Assembly: GCA_963674745.2 (NCBI GenBank) | Contig: CAXXDV010000003.1 | Span: 384,001-448,000, forward strand | Direction of reading: 5' to 3' | Source: Desulfosudaceae bacterium | GTDB lineage: Bacteria; Desulfobacterota; Desulfobacteria; Desulfobacterales; Desulfosudaceae | Length of the DNA: 64,000 nucleotides | Shown here: piece after piece, positions 47,036-57,256 of the stretch | How positions within the stretch are numbered: the first letter of the stretch is position 1 | Layout: every line of letters begins with the position of its first letter | Notes under the pieces: model-generated | What the model was told of the DNA's origin: nothing | Seen by the model: the letters and a program-made list of their open reading frames with translations, nothing else | The model's database searches: none | Program-made: the position numbers and the translations under genes

Positions 47036-48643
47036 ATGAATAAAATTTTTGGCGGTGTGGCGCCTGAGGGACGATTTGTCGTGGGACTTCACAAGCCCGC
47101 TTACCGGGTGGCCAATCTGCGGGAAAACGATTATTTAAGCACATTGGGAATAGACGAAGAAGGCCGGGTGTACGACAACCGGATTAATTTCCCGGAGAAC
47201 GATGTGGTCGAGGAGCAGGCTGACCGGGTTTATGAAATTCCCAACCCTTTTCCCTTCAGGGGTGTGACCTATATCGCCGGTCGTTGGGCGGACAGGACCG
47301 CCAACCGGCCGGAGAAGATTTTTTTACCGCCGGCGCCGTGGGTTTCGTTCCGGGAATCCCTCAGTCAATGGCCCGGTGGGGATTTTTCGGATGAGCTGAT
47401 GGCGTTGCTGCCGGAACCATTGCAGCTGGCCCTGGCAGTGTCTTCAACCGATCCCGATGATTTGGTCCGGCTGGCGGCAATCAGTTGCGATATCTGGTTT
47501 GATGATACTTCCGGGCGTCCCAGAGGGCTTTTTTACGAAAAAGATGATGCGGGGCGGGCACGTCCGAAGATAAAAAATCACCGGCTGTTCGAAGCTGTGG
47601 CCAATAACCACTGGCTCCCGGATGATTACAAGCGGATCATGGTGTTGCGTCCGGGAGCTCAGGGCGGTAGTGAGATCACCGCTGAATGGCGTGGTGCAGA
47701 GCCGACGGGCCATGTCTTTGAGTACCTGAGACGGAACAGCTATATCCCCTGGGGCCATTATGCGGCCAACATGGCCGATGACGTCGTCCGGTATCGGATA
47801 AATGATCTGAGACCTGAAGATGTTAGGGGGATGCGGCATTTATACTATCAAAGAACCTATGCCCGACTGGCGCACATGCTGGGCCTGGATTTCCGGCACA
47901 GGCGTCGGACCCTTTCGGAGGATGAGGTGGAACAGTTGAGGGCCCGGATTCTCGCTGCCGTCAATAGCGGGGGGCAGAAGTCCGTCCTTGGTTTGAATGC
48001 CACGGTCTGGGGGTGGAACTTCGGGTTTGATTATGCCCCCAGCCATTATCGGCTTCATGCCTCACATCAGCAGGTCCATCAGCAGTATGCCCTGTCGCCG
48101 GCAACGGTGGAAACACTGGACAAAAAACAAATCCCCTCCTACTGCAGCGGTGACCTGGTCGCGGCTTTTATCAGTGACTACTTTCAGAAGACCGGCCGTC
48201 CTTTTTTTGAGGCTTATCTTCAGGCCATAGAAACCAATATCCGCACCGATGGCCGGTCAGGTGAGCGCAGCCTGGTGGTCCACCGGGATGATCATGTCAT
48301 GCTGTTTGTCCCCAAGGCCCAGACATCTCAGTGGGAACTACAACTGATGACGCTAAAACCGGTCGCCAATATTCTGGAGGCCGATGCCGGGGTGCGGCAG
48401 TCGCTTGATAGGGCCATCCATTTGGCCGTGACCGTTCTGGCGGGACTGGGGGCCCGGATGATCACCACCATTGAATACAGCGGACGGATATCACCGGTTA
48501 AAACAGACCAGCGGCTGGTCTACAGTTTTCTGCCCCGGCTGCCGGAATCACCCGGCGCTTTCAGTGAATTCCAACTGCGATGGATAAACGGTCATTTTCC
48601 CGAAGACTTCGCTGCCGCCTGTCGGATGAAATCGGGGCTATAA
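47036..48643 (+). CDS. Hypothetical protein with GalT/HIT-like nucleotidyltransferase motif
   Basis: GWNFG...HASHQQVHQQ resembles GalT N.G..GAS..HPHxQ; FVPKAQ..WEL resembles the GalT second half. Confidence 0.6.
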   Translation: MNKIFGGVAPEGRFVVGLHKPAYRVANLRENDYLSTLGIDEEGRVYDNRINFPENDVVEEQADRVYEIPNPFPFRGVTYIAGRWADRTANRPEKIFLPPAPWVSFRESLSQWPGGDFSDELMALLPEPLQLALAVSSTDPDDLVRLAAISCDIWFDDTSGRPRGLFYEKDDAGRARPKIKNHRLFEAVANNHWLPDDYKRIMVLRPGAQGGSEITAEWRGAEPTGHVFEYLRRNSYIPWGHYAANMADDVVRYRINDLRPEDVRGMRHLYYQRTYARLAHMLGLDFRHRRRTLSEDEVEQLRARILAAVNSGGQKSVLGLNATVWGWNFGFDYAPSHYRLHASHQQVHQQYALSPATVETLDKKQIPSYCSGDLVAAFISDYFQKTGRPFFEAYLQAIETNIRTDGRSGERSLVVHRDDHVMLFVPKAQTSQWELQLMTLKPVANILEADAGVRQSLDRAIHLAVTVLAGLGARMITTIEYSGRISPVKTDQRLVYSFLPRLPESPGAFSEFQLRWINGHFPEDFAAACRMKSGL

Positions 48644-48670
48644 TCGGTTCAAGGTTTGTGGGCCAGGGCA

Positions 48671-48820
48671 TCAGGGCGAGGCGCTGTTCCCGTATGACGG
48701 CCACCACAGGTAGAAAAATCCCGTTAAACCTGTAGGCAAAAGATTATACAGGATAAAGACGAGCAAAGCGGTCCGGCAGTGTCGACCCCGACCCGACGAT
48801 TGTTTGTAAATAAAATCCAT
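48671..48820 (-). CDS. Possible 49-aa small membrane peptide
   Basis: SD aagggg then ATG; MDFIYK..ALLVFILYNLLPTGLTGFFYLWW. Confidence 0.3.
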   Translation of the reverse strand: MDFIYKQSSGRGRHCRTALLVFILYNLLPTGLTGFFYLWWPSYGNSASP

Positions 48821-48968
48821 GTTGCCCCTTGATAATTCGGATTGATTAAAAAAATATTTATATTGCAACACATATTCATGAAAAGAGAACTGTTTTGTCA
48901 GGTCCGCCAGGGTTTTTTAACCCCGTAAAAATCCTGCTTTAAATACATATTTAAAGGGAGGTTTGGAA

Positions 48969-48997
48969 TTGACAGACCCCGGTCGATTGCATATACT
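48969..48997 (+). promoter_or_regulatory. Sigma-70 promoter of the activase operon
   Basis: TTGACA-17nt-TATACT. Confidence 0.7.
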
Positions 48998-49031
48998 CTT
49001 TCATTCCATCAACATCTTTGAGGCATGATCC

Positions 49032-52000
49032 ATGTCTGATGCTTATTATGTCGGGTTTGATGTCGGCAGCAGCGCCATCCATTATGCCATTATTGATAAT
49101 ACCGGAGCTGTTGTGTATTCGGCAAGTCCGGTCATGCATTTTGCCGATCCCATCGGCACCATCCGCCGGGCGTGGGCGGATATCACCAGTCGCTTTTCTG
49201 AATCATCCATACAGGCTACTGCTTTTACCGGCAGCGGGGCGGAGAATTTTCCGGATGTGATGCCGGGGGTTATATATCTTTATGACAGCGTCAGTATCCC
49301 TGCCGGTGCTGCCGCGCTGGACCCCGAAGCGGAGTGTGTCGTTCATATCGGCGCCAAGGATGCTTATTTCTTCCGGTTGCGTAAAGTGGGTGAGCGGACA
49401 ATTCTCCAGGAATGGAAGGCCGGGTCGAAATGCGGCGGCGGAACCGGCACGCTGCTGCAGAAACAGTGCCGCCGTCTTTTTCAAAGCGAAATGGCGTTTC
49501 CTGTGCTGGAAAACATCGATGCCCTTTCCGAAAATAAAAGATCAGCGGCACGGGATCGAAACGCCTCGAATCTACAGCAGTTTGAAGACGCCATCATGGC
49601 CGCTGCCGAGAGGGAGGCGGAAAAATCCCTGGTGCCCAGTGAGTTTCTGGCCCGTTGTGGTGTGGTGATTCAGTCGGATCTCATTCACAAACAGAACGAA
49701 GGCGTCAATCGGGCGGATAATCTGGCCGGTCTGTTCCGGACCGTGGCCCGCAATTACAAAATTGACGTGCTGGGCAATTCATCCCTGGACAATCGGCGCG
49801 TCATTTCTACCGGCGGCGTGGTCGCCAATAAACTGATTTTGCAGGCATTGGCGGATTCTCTGAAAGTCCCGCTTGTCCGGCCGGATGATTTTTATAATGT
49901 GGGGGCCGTTGGCGCGGCTACCATGGCCGCACAGCAGAAAAGCACGTTTATCTTTACGCCGGAACAGCTGGCAACGATTCAAGAATACTGTCAACAGCAG
50001 CGCAAGTTCGCGCCGCCGCTGTATTCCTCGTTACAGCAGGTGAACAAAATCGTTGCCGAACGGCATCAGGAAAAGATTGACAGCCGTGAGGTCGTTTTGG
50101 GTATTGATGGCGGTAGCACGACCACCAAGGGCGCCCTGGTCGATCTGGCCACGGGCCGGCTGCTGGATAAGCTTTATATCAAAACCCACGGTGATCCTGA
50201 AGGCAGCCTGAAAAAGGTGCTCAAGTATCTGAGCCGCCACCAGGCGGATGTGGTTGTCCGGGGGGTCGGAACCACCGGCTCGGCGCGCAAGCTTTATGAA
50301 AAAATCCTGCTCAGTCGGAAACAGGTGGAGACATTTAACGATAAGGGCATTACGCCTGTCGACCGGGTGACGGATGAGATTACCTGTCATGCTCTGGGGG
50401 TCCAATATTACAACCCTGATATCGATACCATATTTGAAATCGGCGGGCAGGACATGAAGTTTACCACCTTTAACACGGAAACCGGCGCTGTGCGGAACGC
50501 CAAAATGAACTACAGCTGCCAGGCCGGTTCCGGGCAGACCATGGAAAACATGGCCGGCCTGATCGGTCTTGACGTGACCACCACCTTGCAGGAATATGCT
50601 TTGCGGGCCCAAAGAGTACCTGTCATCGACGCCACCTGCGGTGTTTTCATGGAAATGGATGAAAACCGGCTCATTGCCGAAGGGTTTACCAGAGAAGAAA
50701 TCGCGGCAGCCATCGTACGCGCAACAGCGGCCAGTTATTTTTATAAATTTGTCGGCGGTGCCCAGAAGGTCGGTTTATCCTGTTCGGCTCAGGGCGGGCC
50801 CTGTCTGGGAGATGCTTTTCTGGCCGCCCTGAGTCAGGTGACCGGGCTGACGCTTAATGCATATCCTGACCGTGAAATGTTCGGGGCCTGGGGTGCTGCC
50901 CTGGATGTCATCCGGCAGATTAATGATTATGAGCAGGAGGGTGTCGCATGGGATACCGCTTTTCGGGGGTGGGCGGTGATGGACACCTCTTTTATGAAGG
51001 AGGAGAAAAACTGCAGTGACGTCTTCGGTAGCCGGTCCTGTGGCGTGAGAGACTGCAAACTCCACCTGTTTCATATCGGCCAGGAGACAATCGTCAGCAA
51101 CGGTTACTGCCCTCGTGGAAATTCAGAGGCTACCGGCAGATCCCGCCCTGATTATGTGGATATTTATCATACGATTTACGAAAAGCATTTTAAACAATAC
51201 GGATCGCTTTTACATGAAGCACCGGCCGATGGACATACCATCGGTATTCGCCGCAGCACATCCACCCTTGGCCCCAAAGGCATCTGGAGTGCCGCCCTGC
51301 TGGATCATCTGGGATTGCATCCGGTTGTGTCACCAAGAAGTAATCATGAGATCGCCCGGCTGGGTGTTGATCATTCCCAGACAAGCTTCTGCATTGCCCG
51401 AAAATTGGCCACCGGGCATGCCAAAGTTCTGGCCGACCATCCTGAAGTTGCGTTTCTTTATAATCCCGCCTTCATAGAAGTGGCGGGAAAGCCGGGTTTG
51501 AAATATTGCGTTTACACGGAGTCGGAGCCGTATCTTTTAAACGGTGAATTGTCGCTCGATAAAAACAGGCAGATCATACCGGTCCTGGAGTTCGGCGAGC
51601 CCGAGGCGTTAATTGAAAGCTTCAGGAAAGAATTGCATCGTATCGGTTTTCGTGTTAATCGCCGACGGTTGAAGCAGGCGTTAGCCAAAGCAGACGCCGC
51701 AGAAGCGGCTTTCCTTGACGTACTGTATAAGCTGGGTGATAAGTTCCTTGAAAAAACAACCGGCCAGATCGCCTTTGTGGGTGTGGGCAGGGACTACGTG
51801 GTGCTTGATCCTGAAGCCAGTTCCTATTCAGGGGCCATGTTTTCCGGGGTGAGGGGTTTGCACTATATCCCTCAGATTTTTCTTCAGCACCATTACCGGC
51901 ACCTGTCTATTGATGATATGGCTGCCAATGAATACTGGGTGGAAAGTGTTGATATTTTAAAAGCCCACCGGTTTGTCGCTGCCAGGGAAAACCTGTTTCC

Positions 52001-52184
52001 GGTACGCATGATGAATTTCGGTTGCGGGCCGGACAGCATGAAACTGTTTCAGGAAGAACATTACCAGGAACAGGCCGGCAAGCCCATGCTGACGTTACTT
52101 ACGGATGCGCAGACCAACAACGCACCGTTTTTGACCCGCACGGAGGCGTTTGAAAGGGTGGTTCAGGGAGAATATTATGGTTGA
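49032..52184 (+). CDS. CoA-substrate-specific enzyme activase (two BadF/BcrAD-type ASKHA domains plus C-terminal domain)
   Basis: GFDVGSS and GIDGGSTTTK; IGAKD and IGGQDMK; KCGGGTG, SCQAGSG, CGVF; FGCGPD. Confidence 0.88.
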   Translation: MSDAYYVGFDVGSSAIHYAIIDNTGAVVYSASPVMHFADPIGTIRRAWADITSRFSESSIQATAFTGSGAENFPDVMPGVIYLYDSVSIPAGAAALDPEAECVVHIGAKDAYFFRLRKVGERTILQEWKAGSKCGGGTGTLLQKQCRRLFQSEMAFPVLENIDALSENKRSAARDRNASNLQQFEDAIMAAAEREAEKSLVPSEFLARCGVVIQSDLIHKQNEGVNRADNLAGLFRTVARNYKIDVLGNSSLDNRRVISTGGVVANKLILQALADSLKVPLVRPDDFYNVGAVGAATMAAQQKSTFIFTPEQLATIQEYCQQQRKFAPPLYSSLQQVNKIVAERHQEKIDSREVVLGIDGGSTTTKGALVDLATGRLLDKLYIKTHGDPEGSLKKVLKYLSRHQADVVVRGVGTTGSARKLYEKILLSRKQVETFNDKGITPVDRVTDEITCHALGVQYYNPDIDTIFEIGGQDMKFTTFNTETGAVRNAKMNYSCQAGSGQTMENMAGLIGLDVTTTLQEYALRAQRVPVIDATCGVFMEMDENRLIAEGFTREEIAAAIVRATAASYFYKFVGGAQKVGLSCSAQGGPCLGDAFLAALSQVTGLTLNAYPDREMFGAWGAALDVIRQINDYEQEGVAWDTAFRGWAVMDTSFMKEEKNCSDVFGSRSCGVRDCKLHLFHIGQETIVSNGYCPRGNSEATGRSRPDYVDIYHTIYEKHFKQYGSLLHEAPADGHTIGIRRSTSTLGPKGIWSAALLDHLGLHPVVSPRSNHEIARLGVDHSQTSFCIARKLATGHAKVLADHPEVAFLYNPAFIEVAGKPGLKYCVYTESEPYLLNGELSLDKNRQIIPVLEFGEPEALIESFRKELHRIGFRVNRRRLKQALAKADAAEAAFLDVLYKLGDKFLEKTTGQIAFVGVGRDYVVLDPEASSYSGAMFSGVRGLHYIPQIFLQHHYRHLSIDDMAANEYWVESVDILKAHRFVAARENLFPVRMMNFGCGPDSMKLFQEEHYQEQAGKPMLTLLTDAQTNNAPFLTRTEAFERVVQGEYYG

Positions 52185-53547
52185 AGACGGTGTGTATGGT
52201 AAATCAATGCGGCATCGCACCTTCCTGGTGCCCTATATGGGTGATATCAGTCATGTTCTGGCTGCGTCCCTGCGTCATTTCGGCATCAACAGCCGGGCCT
52301 TGCCGACGAATACCGAAGAAGCCTATAAAATGGCCGATAAGCACGTCTATACCGAGACCTGTTTTCCGTTAAAAGGGGTTGTCGGTGATACGTTGAGCTT
52401 TCTGGAAGCGGAGAGCCGGCGGCATGGGAAAGAGAATGTGGAAAACCAGTATCTGGTGGCCCTGCCGACCACTTCCGGACCCTGCCGTTTCGGCAAGTAC
52501 GGCGAGGTGTTGCGTCAGTTCATGGACAAGGAGGGCTTCGAAAAGGTGCCGGTGGCCGGCCCCACCACGGAAACCAATTATTCCGATCTGCTGGGGGCAG
52601 GATATTCCTTGCGGGAAAAAATGCGGTTTTACCGGTTGGTCATGAAGGCCGTCATTGCCAGTGATCTGCTGGATGATATTCTGTTGCGTTATCGGCCTTA
52701 TGCTCCGGACCGGCAGGACGTAAACCGTCTCAAGGAGCAGTGCCTGACCGGACTGGTCGAAATCCTGGAAGCCGGCGGTGATATGGCGCGCCTGCGCCAG
52801 TGGGCGTCCTCAACCCTGGCGGACTTCAGGCAATATGATAGTGGGCAACGTTTTCCACTGGTTTTGTATGCCGGGGAAATTTACATGCGCAAGCATGATC
52901 CTTACACCGCCGGTGTCGTGGAGCGCCTGGAGGCAAAAGGGCTGGAAGTGGTTCGGCCGCCGGTTCTGGAGTGGCTTGAGTATATCGTTAAAACCAATAT
53001 CGATGCCATGCAGCGCACCTGGAAATGGGCGATTCGGGGGATGGAACCTAAAAGGGCGGTTGTATCGTTGCTGCGATTGATGCTTTACCGGTCTAATTAT
53101 CGGAAACTGAAAAACACCAAGAATGATATCACCTCACCCGTCAAGGCACATTTGGCCGATCGCCATATTTTGCCTGAAGCCGATGAACTGATCCGTAAAC
53201 TGGAGCAGGCCGGCGAATTCCATGGCCAGATAACGGGCGAGGCGGCCCTGAGCATCGGGTTGGGCTATTTTCTGATGAACGACCTGGTCCCTTCCAGAAA
53301 CGGTGCGCATATGTCCGGGATGTTTCATGTCGGCCCCTTTACCTGCATGCAGGAGGGGGTGGCTGCGGCCAAGATCGACTCTCTGGCCGATGAACTGCGT
53401 CGAAAAAATCCCGAGGCCATGTTCCCGGTGCTGCACGGCTTTTTCGGTGATTCCCCCAACCCGAACCTGGATGCTGAGATAGCGGTTTTTACCGAGCAGT
53501 GTTATCAGAAGCGAAATCTTCTTAAGCAGGGGATTTCGTCTTCGTAA
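52177..53547 (+). CDS. Activase partner (2-hydroxyacyl-CoA dehydratase-related Fe-S protein)
   Basis: ETCFP, GPCRFGKY, GEIYMR, GPFTCM; overlaps the upstream stop. Confidence 0.8.
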   Translation: MVEDGVYGKSMRHRTFLVPYMGDISHVLAASLRHFGINSRALPTNTEEAYKMADKHVYTETCFPLKGVVGDTLSFLEAESRRHGKENVENQYLVALPTTSGPCRFGKYGEVLRQFMDKEGFEKVPVAGPTTETNYSDLLGAGYSLREKMRFYRLVMKAVIASDLLDDILLRYRPYAPDRQDVNRLKEQCLTGLVEILEAGGDMARLRQWASSTLADFRQYDSGQRFPLVLYAGEIYMRKHDPYTAGVVERLEAKGLEVVRPPVLEWLEYIVKTNIDAMQRTWKWAIRGMEPKRAVVSLLRLMLYRSNYRKLKNTKNDITSPVKAHLADRHILPEADELIRKLEQAGEFHGQITGEAALSIGLGYFLMNDLVPSRNGAHMSGMFHVGPFTCMQEGVAAAKIDSLADELRRKNPEAMFPVLHGFFGDSPNPNLDAEIAVFTEQCYQKRNLLKQGISSS

Positions 53548-54131
53548 AAATATTTCTGATATAGCCTTTTCTTTGACGCACAGACAGGTATACAAAAACA
53601 CATTGATCGGCCGCCTGGTCTTAGCTTTTCCCGGCATGAACGTTCTTCCCGGCTGTGGAAAGTCCCCCTCCTCAATAAAGTTTCTCGCACTAATTTAAGT
53701 TGATAATTTTTCTCATTATGCTATAATCAAAAATCAAACTCTCAAAGAATGATGACGCTTTTAATCCTGTTCGGGTGCCGATGATGCGCGATTTAAGCCT
53801 CAGCGCCGTTGATGGTAACTGCGATTAAAATAGTGCTCTGGCTCGGGCAACAACAAGTTGTCGGTTACAATTTGCAATCCAGACTAAAAAGCATGCTGCA
53901 GGGACGGCCTTGATCCCGATCCCTTCTTAAGATTGCTAACGCAGGGGGGCGATTTTAGCGGTCCGTCATTTTTATACTTTACTGATGCCATCAACAAGTT
54001 CATTACTGTTTTTGACGTTTTTCGCTGAGATTAATGCTTATACGGAGAATCGGTTCACGATCAAAATAGAACACACAGAACAGTTTTGCAGATTATTGTG
54101 CTCGGCAAACCATTCAACCAAAGGAGAAAAA

Positions 54132-55061
54132 ATGAAACGGACAATGATAGTCGCCGGCGTCTTTTTGTTGATGTTTGTTTTTACCGGTTTTTCGGCGTTT
54201 GCTGATGGAGAGAATGGGAATGCTTATCCCAACGGGATTGAGGGGCTCAAATGTGGAGAAGTCCCGCCGCCGGGGGTTTACTGGCGAATGTACAACTATT
54301 TTTACAAGGCTGATGATTTGCGGGACGACAGCGGTGACAGTTCGCCCGTGGACCTTGATCTGTCCGTTTATGCTAATGCCAACCGGGTGATCTGGGTAAC
54401 GAACTATAAAATACTGGGGGGGGATTTTTTTGTTTCAGCCATGCTTCCCGTGGTGGATACGGATATTGAAATCACGCCTCCGGGTGCCCCCTGGCCGATA
54501 GTCGATGATGACCATGGTGGTATCGGTGACCTGTATATTGATGTTGCTGATGTGATCTGGCGCTATGATCAGGGGCAGGCGGGTGTCGGTCTCGGCCTTT
54601 TCGCTCCCATCGGAGATTTCGATCTGGACAGGCCCGCATCGCCGGGGAAAGGGATGTGGACGGGTATGGCAACATTCGCCGGTACGTACTGGTTTGACGT
54701 TGAACGTACCTGGACGGCATCCGTTCTTGCCCGTTACGAAAAACACAGCAACCAGAGCGAGCGAGACGTCAGATACGGTGATGATTTTCATTTTGAGTGG
54801 GGACTGAGCAAGACCGTCAGCCGGGGAATTGATGTCGGTCTGGCAGGCTACTGCCAGTGGCAGGTGACTGATGACTCGGGCGATGACGTGACCTGGGATA
54901 AAAGCGACAACGACCGTGTGTTTGCAGCCGGTCCCGAGGTCGCTGTGATGATCCCTCCGCCGGTTCTGCTTTTAGTGTCTTTGAGAACAATTTGGGAATT
55001 CGAGGCAAAAGACCGGACAGAAGGGAACGTGACGGTATTGACGTTGACCAAGATATTTTAA
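54132..55061 (+). CDS. SphA / phenol MetA-pathway-type outer-membrane transporter
   Basis: SD aaggag; signal peptide; YPNG.EG...PPPG.Y; GIGD; AP.G.FD; GYCQWQVTDD; terminal F. Confidence 0.82.
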   Translation: MKRTMIVAGVFLLMFVFTGFSAFADGENGNAYPNGIEGLKCGEVPPPGVYWRMYNYFYKADDLRDDSGDSSPVDLDLSVYANANRVIWVTNYKILGGDFFVSAMLPVVDTDIEITPPGAPWPIVDDDHGGIGDLYIDVADVIWRYDQGQAGVGLGLFAPIGDFDLDRPASPGKGMWTGMATFAGTYWFDVERTWTASVLARYEKHSNQSERDVRYGDDFHFEWGLSKTVSRGIDVGLAGYCQWQVTDDSGDDVTWDKSDNDRVFAAGPEVAVMIPPPVLLLVSLRTIWEFEAKDRTEGNVTVLTLTKIF

Positions 55062-55151
55062 AGGCACCTTTGTTAGCCTTATCAACCATGTCCTTATGGC
55101 GGTCAATGCAGCTGAACCGCCGGGGATGGATTGGAGAAAAGGGAGAGTCTC

Positions 55152-56390
55152 ATGAACAGTATTCTGATTTTCGGGATAATTCTGTTGTGCATGGTTTCAG
55201 GCATCATATTGCTCCTTAAACTGATCTATAAAAACTCGGTCGTCTTTTTGATTATGGCATCAACCAGTTTGTTGGCCGGCATAACCGGGTTTTTTGGATA
55301 CACCAATGCCTTAGGAGACCTGTCATATTTTTTCTGGCAGGCGCCGATCGTGTTTGTTGTCATTTTTGCCTATGTCGTCATTATATCCAGGCAGATTACA
55401 CGTCCTTTAAAAGCCGTAGTCGAAACGCTTAATAACATTACCGAGGGGGACCTGACGTCAATTCCCGAGGTGCGTCTGACGAATGAAATCGGTCAGCTGG
55501 CAGGGGCCCAAAGAAAGATGATCGGCCAGCTGAAAAACATGGTGCGCCAGATCCAGGCGGCTTCGGATAACCTGTCTTCCGGAAGTGAAGAGATGAGTTC
55601 ATCTTCCGAAGAGCTTTCCCAGGGGGCTACGGAACAGGCTTCTCACCTGGAAGAGGTAACCTCCAGCATGGAGGAAATGAGTTCCAATATCAATCAGAAC
55701 GCGGACAATGCCATGGAGACGGAAAAGATCGCCCAACAGGCGGCTCAGGACGCTGAGGAAGGCGGGCAGCAGGTGCAGGATACGGTTCGCGCCATGAAAG
55801 ACATTGCCGATCGAATATCCATAATTGAAGAAATCGCCCGCCAGACCAACCTTCTGGCATTAAACGCCGCCATCGAGGCAGCCCGGGCCGGAGAAGCCGG
55901 CAAGGGGTTCGCGGTGGTGGCGGCTGAAGTGCGTAAACTGGCGGAACGCAGTGGTGAGGCGGCCAAGGAGATCGCTGAACGGTCGGTCAACAGTATGGAT
56001 GTGGCCGAAAAGGCCGGCCGGATGCTGGAAAAAATGGTCCCCGATATCCGCAAGACCGCTGAGCTGGTTCAGGAAATAAGCGCCGCTTCCAGGGAGCAGA
56101 CAGCTGGAACCAGCCAGATCAATCAGGCCATCAGCCAACTTGACATAGTCGTACAACAGAACGCGTCATCTGCTGAAGAAGTGTCTTCAACCGCTCAGGA
56201 ACTATCCAACCAGGCCCAGCAGTTGCAGGGTATCATGGGCTTTTTCCGGGTGGGCGAGGATGCCTCCGGAACATCCCGGTCGTCAAGAATCTTTTATGGT
56301 CAGCAAAATAGTAAAAGGGCCCCAACCTCCCGTCGGCTGTACTTAGAAGATCGGTCAGGGACAAATGAAAAAACCGTTAATTCATCCTGA
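55152..56390 (+). CDS. Methyl-accepting chemotaxis protein without periplasmic domain
   Basis: Three N-terminal TMs; HAMP (NEIGQL); [30 protein letters not shown]. Confidence 0.93.
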   Translation: MNSILIFGIILLCMVSGIILLLKLIYKNSVVFLIMASTSLLAGITGFFGYTNALGDLSYFFWQAPIVFVVIFAYVVIISRQITRPLKAVVETLNNITEGDLTSIPEVRLTNEIGQLAGAQRKMIGQLKNMVRQIQAASDNLSSGSEEMSSSSEELSQGATEQASHLEEVTSSMEEMSSNINQNADNAMETEKIAQQAAQDAEEGGQQVQDTVRAMKDIADRISIIEEIARQTNLLALNAAIEAARAGEAGKGFAVVAAEVRKLAERSGEAAKEIAERSVNSMDVAEKAGRMLEKMVPDIRKTAELVQEISAASREQTAGTSQINQAISQLDIVVQQNASSAEEVSSTAQELSNQAQQLQGIMGFFRVGEDASGTSRSSRIFYGQQNSKRAPTSRRLYLEDRSGTNEKTVNSS

Positions 56391-56474
56391 AGCAATTACC
56401 GGTAACAATAAAATAAACCCTGAAACGTCCGCGGAAACCCGCGTTTTGCAGGCTTTTTTTGCCGGGGTGTATAT

Positions 56475-57098
56475 TTATTGACCGGCAGCTTCCGTGCGGG
56501 GCGAGAGCGCGTCATAAAGGATGTCGGTCAGGGCTTCTATCAGCCGGGCTTCTTCGATTTCAGGGCCGATGAATTTGGCGGTATGGGCCACATGTTCGAC
56601 GGTATTGTGCACGATAATGGCAGTAGCGTAAGGATCACGTATATTAAGCCGCTCCTGATTGCTGTTCAACAGCTTTAATATCTGTTCTACTTCCCGATGA
56701 CGTTCTCTTTCATAGATTCGATTGATTTCCGGATCGGAGTATCGCAAGGCATGGGTCTGGCTGAGAAAGAGGGGGGCAATGTCATAGGCCTTAAACACAT
56801 TGGAGATGATGGACTTCACATTATCACGGGTCAGGGCATCGACTTTATAGCCGCCCAGGTCCTGCCAGATGACCGAATATCCCCGGTTAAGAAAATCTTC
56901 CAGAATTTCCAGCAATAGCTGTTTTTTGTTCTTAAAATAGGCGTAAAAGCTGCCGGTGGCCACTCCGGCTTTTTCGGTGATTTCTTTGGTGTTGGTGCCA
57001 TGGATGCCTTTTTTCGAAAAAAGCTGAAAGGCCGCCTGTTCAATTTTTTTTTTGGTTTCCTGGCTTCTCTGCTGTTTGGGGATTCTGGTTTTGTCCAT
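56475..57098 (-). CDS. TetR/AcrR family regulator
   Basis: AAFQLFSKKG...ITEKAGVATGSFYAYFKNK. Confidence 0.93.
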   Translation of the reverse strand: MDKTRIPKQQRSQETKKKIEQAAFQLFSKKGIHGTNTKEITEKAGVATGSFYAYFKNKKQLLLEILEDFLNRGYSVIWQDLGGYKVDALTRDNVKSIISNVFKAYDIAPLFLSQTHALRYSDPEINRIYERERHREVEQILKLLNSNQERLNIRDPYATAIIVHNTVEHVAHTAKFIGPEIEEARLIEALTDILYDALSPRTEAAGQ

Positions 57099-57124
57099 GC
57101 CGCACCTTTCTGTTGACGACTTTA

Positions 57125-57214
57125 AAGTGAATTCTTATTCATATTATTATAATTGTATTATTTACTTTTATCATTCATTTTTTTATTGACAATGTGAACT
57201 TTATTTCATATTTT
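57125..57214. promoter_or_regulatory. Two palindromic TetR-type operators overlapping a sigma-70 promoter
   Basis: AAGTGAA-N6-TTCATAT (57125-44) and ATGTGAA-N6-TTCATAT (57192-211); TTGACA at 57186, 17 nt, TATTTT. Confidence 0.7.
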
Positions 57215-57256
57215 TTATTTTAACATTCACCGTCGGTTTTGTCAAACGGAGGTCAC

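Noticed and set aside
48644..48960. 6S RNA or other ncRNA
   Set aside because: No long irregular hairpin with a central bubble could be built by eye, and the usual gene context is absent
53548..54131. Riboswitch (fluoride or c-di-GMP) in the long intergenic region
   Set aside because: No convincing consensus or terminator; the ORF-track extension from 53985 is also rejected because the SD and signal peptide fit ATG 54132
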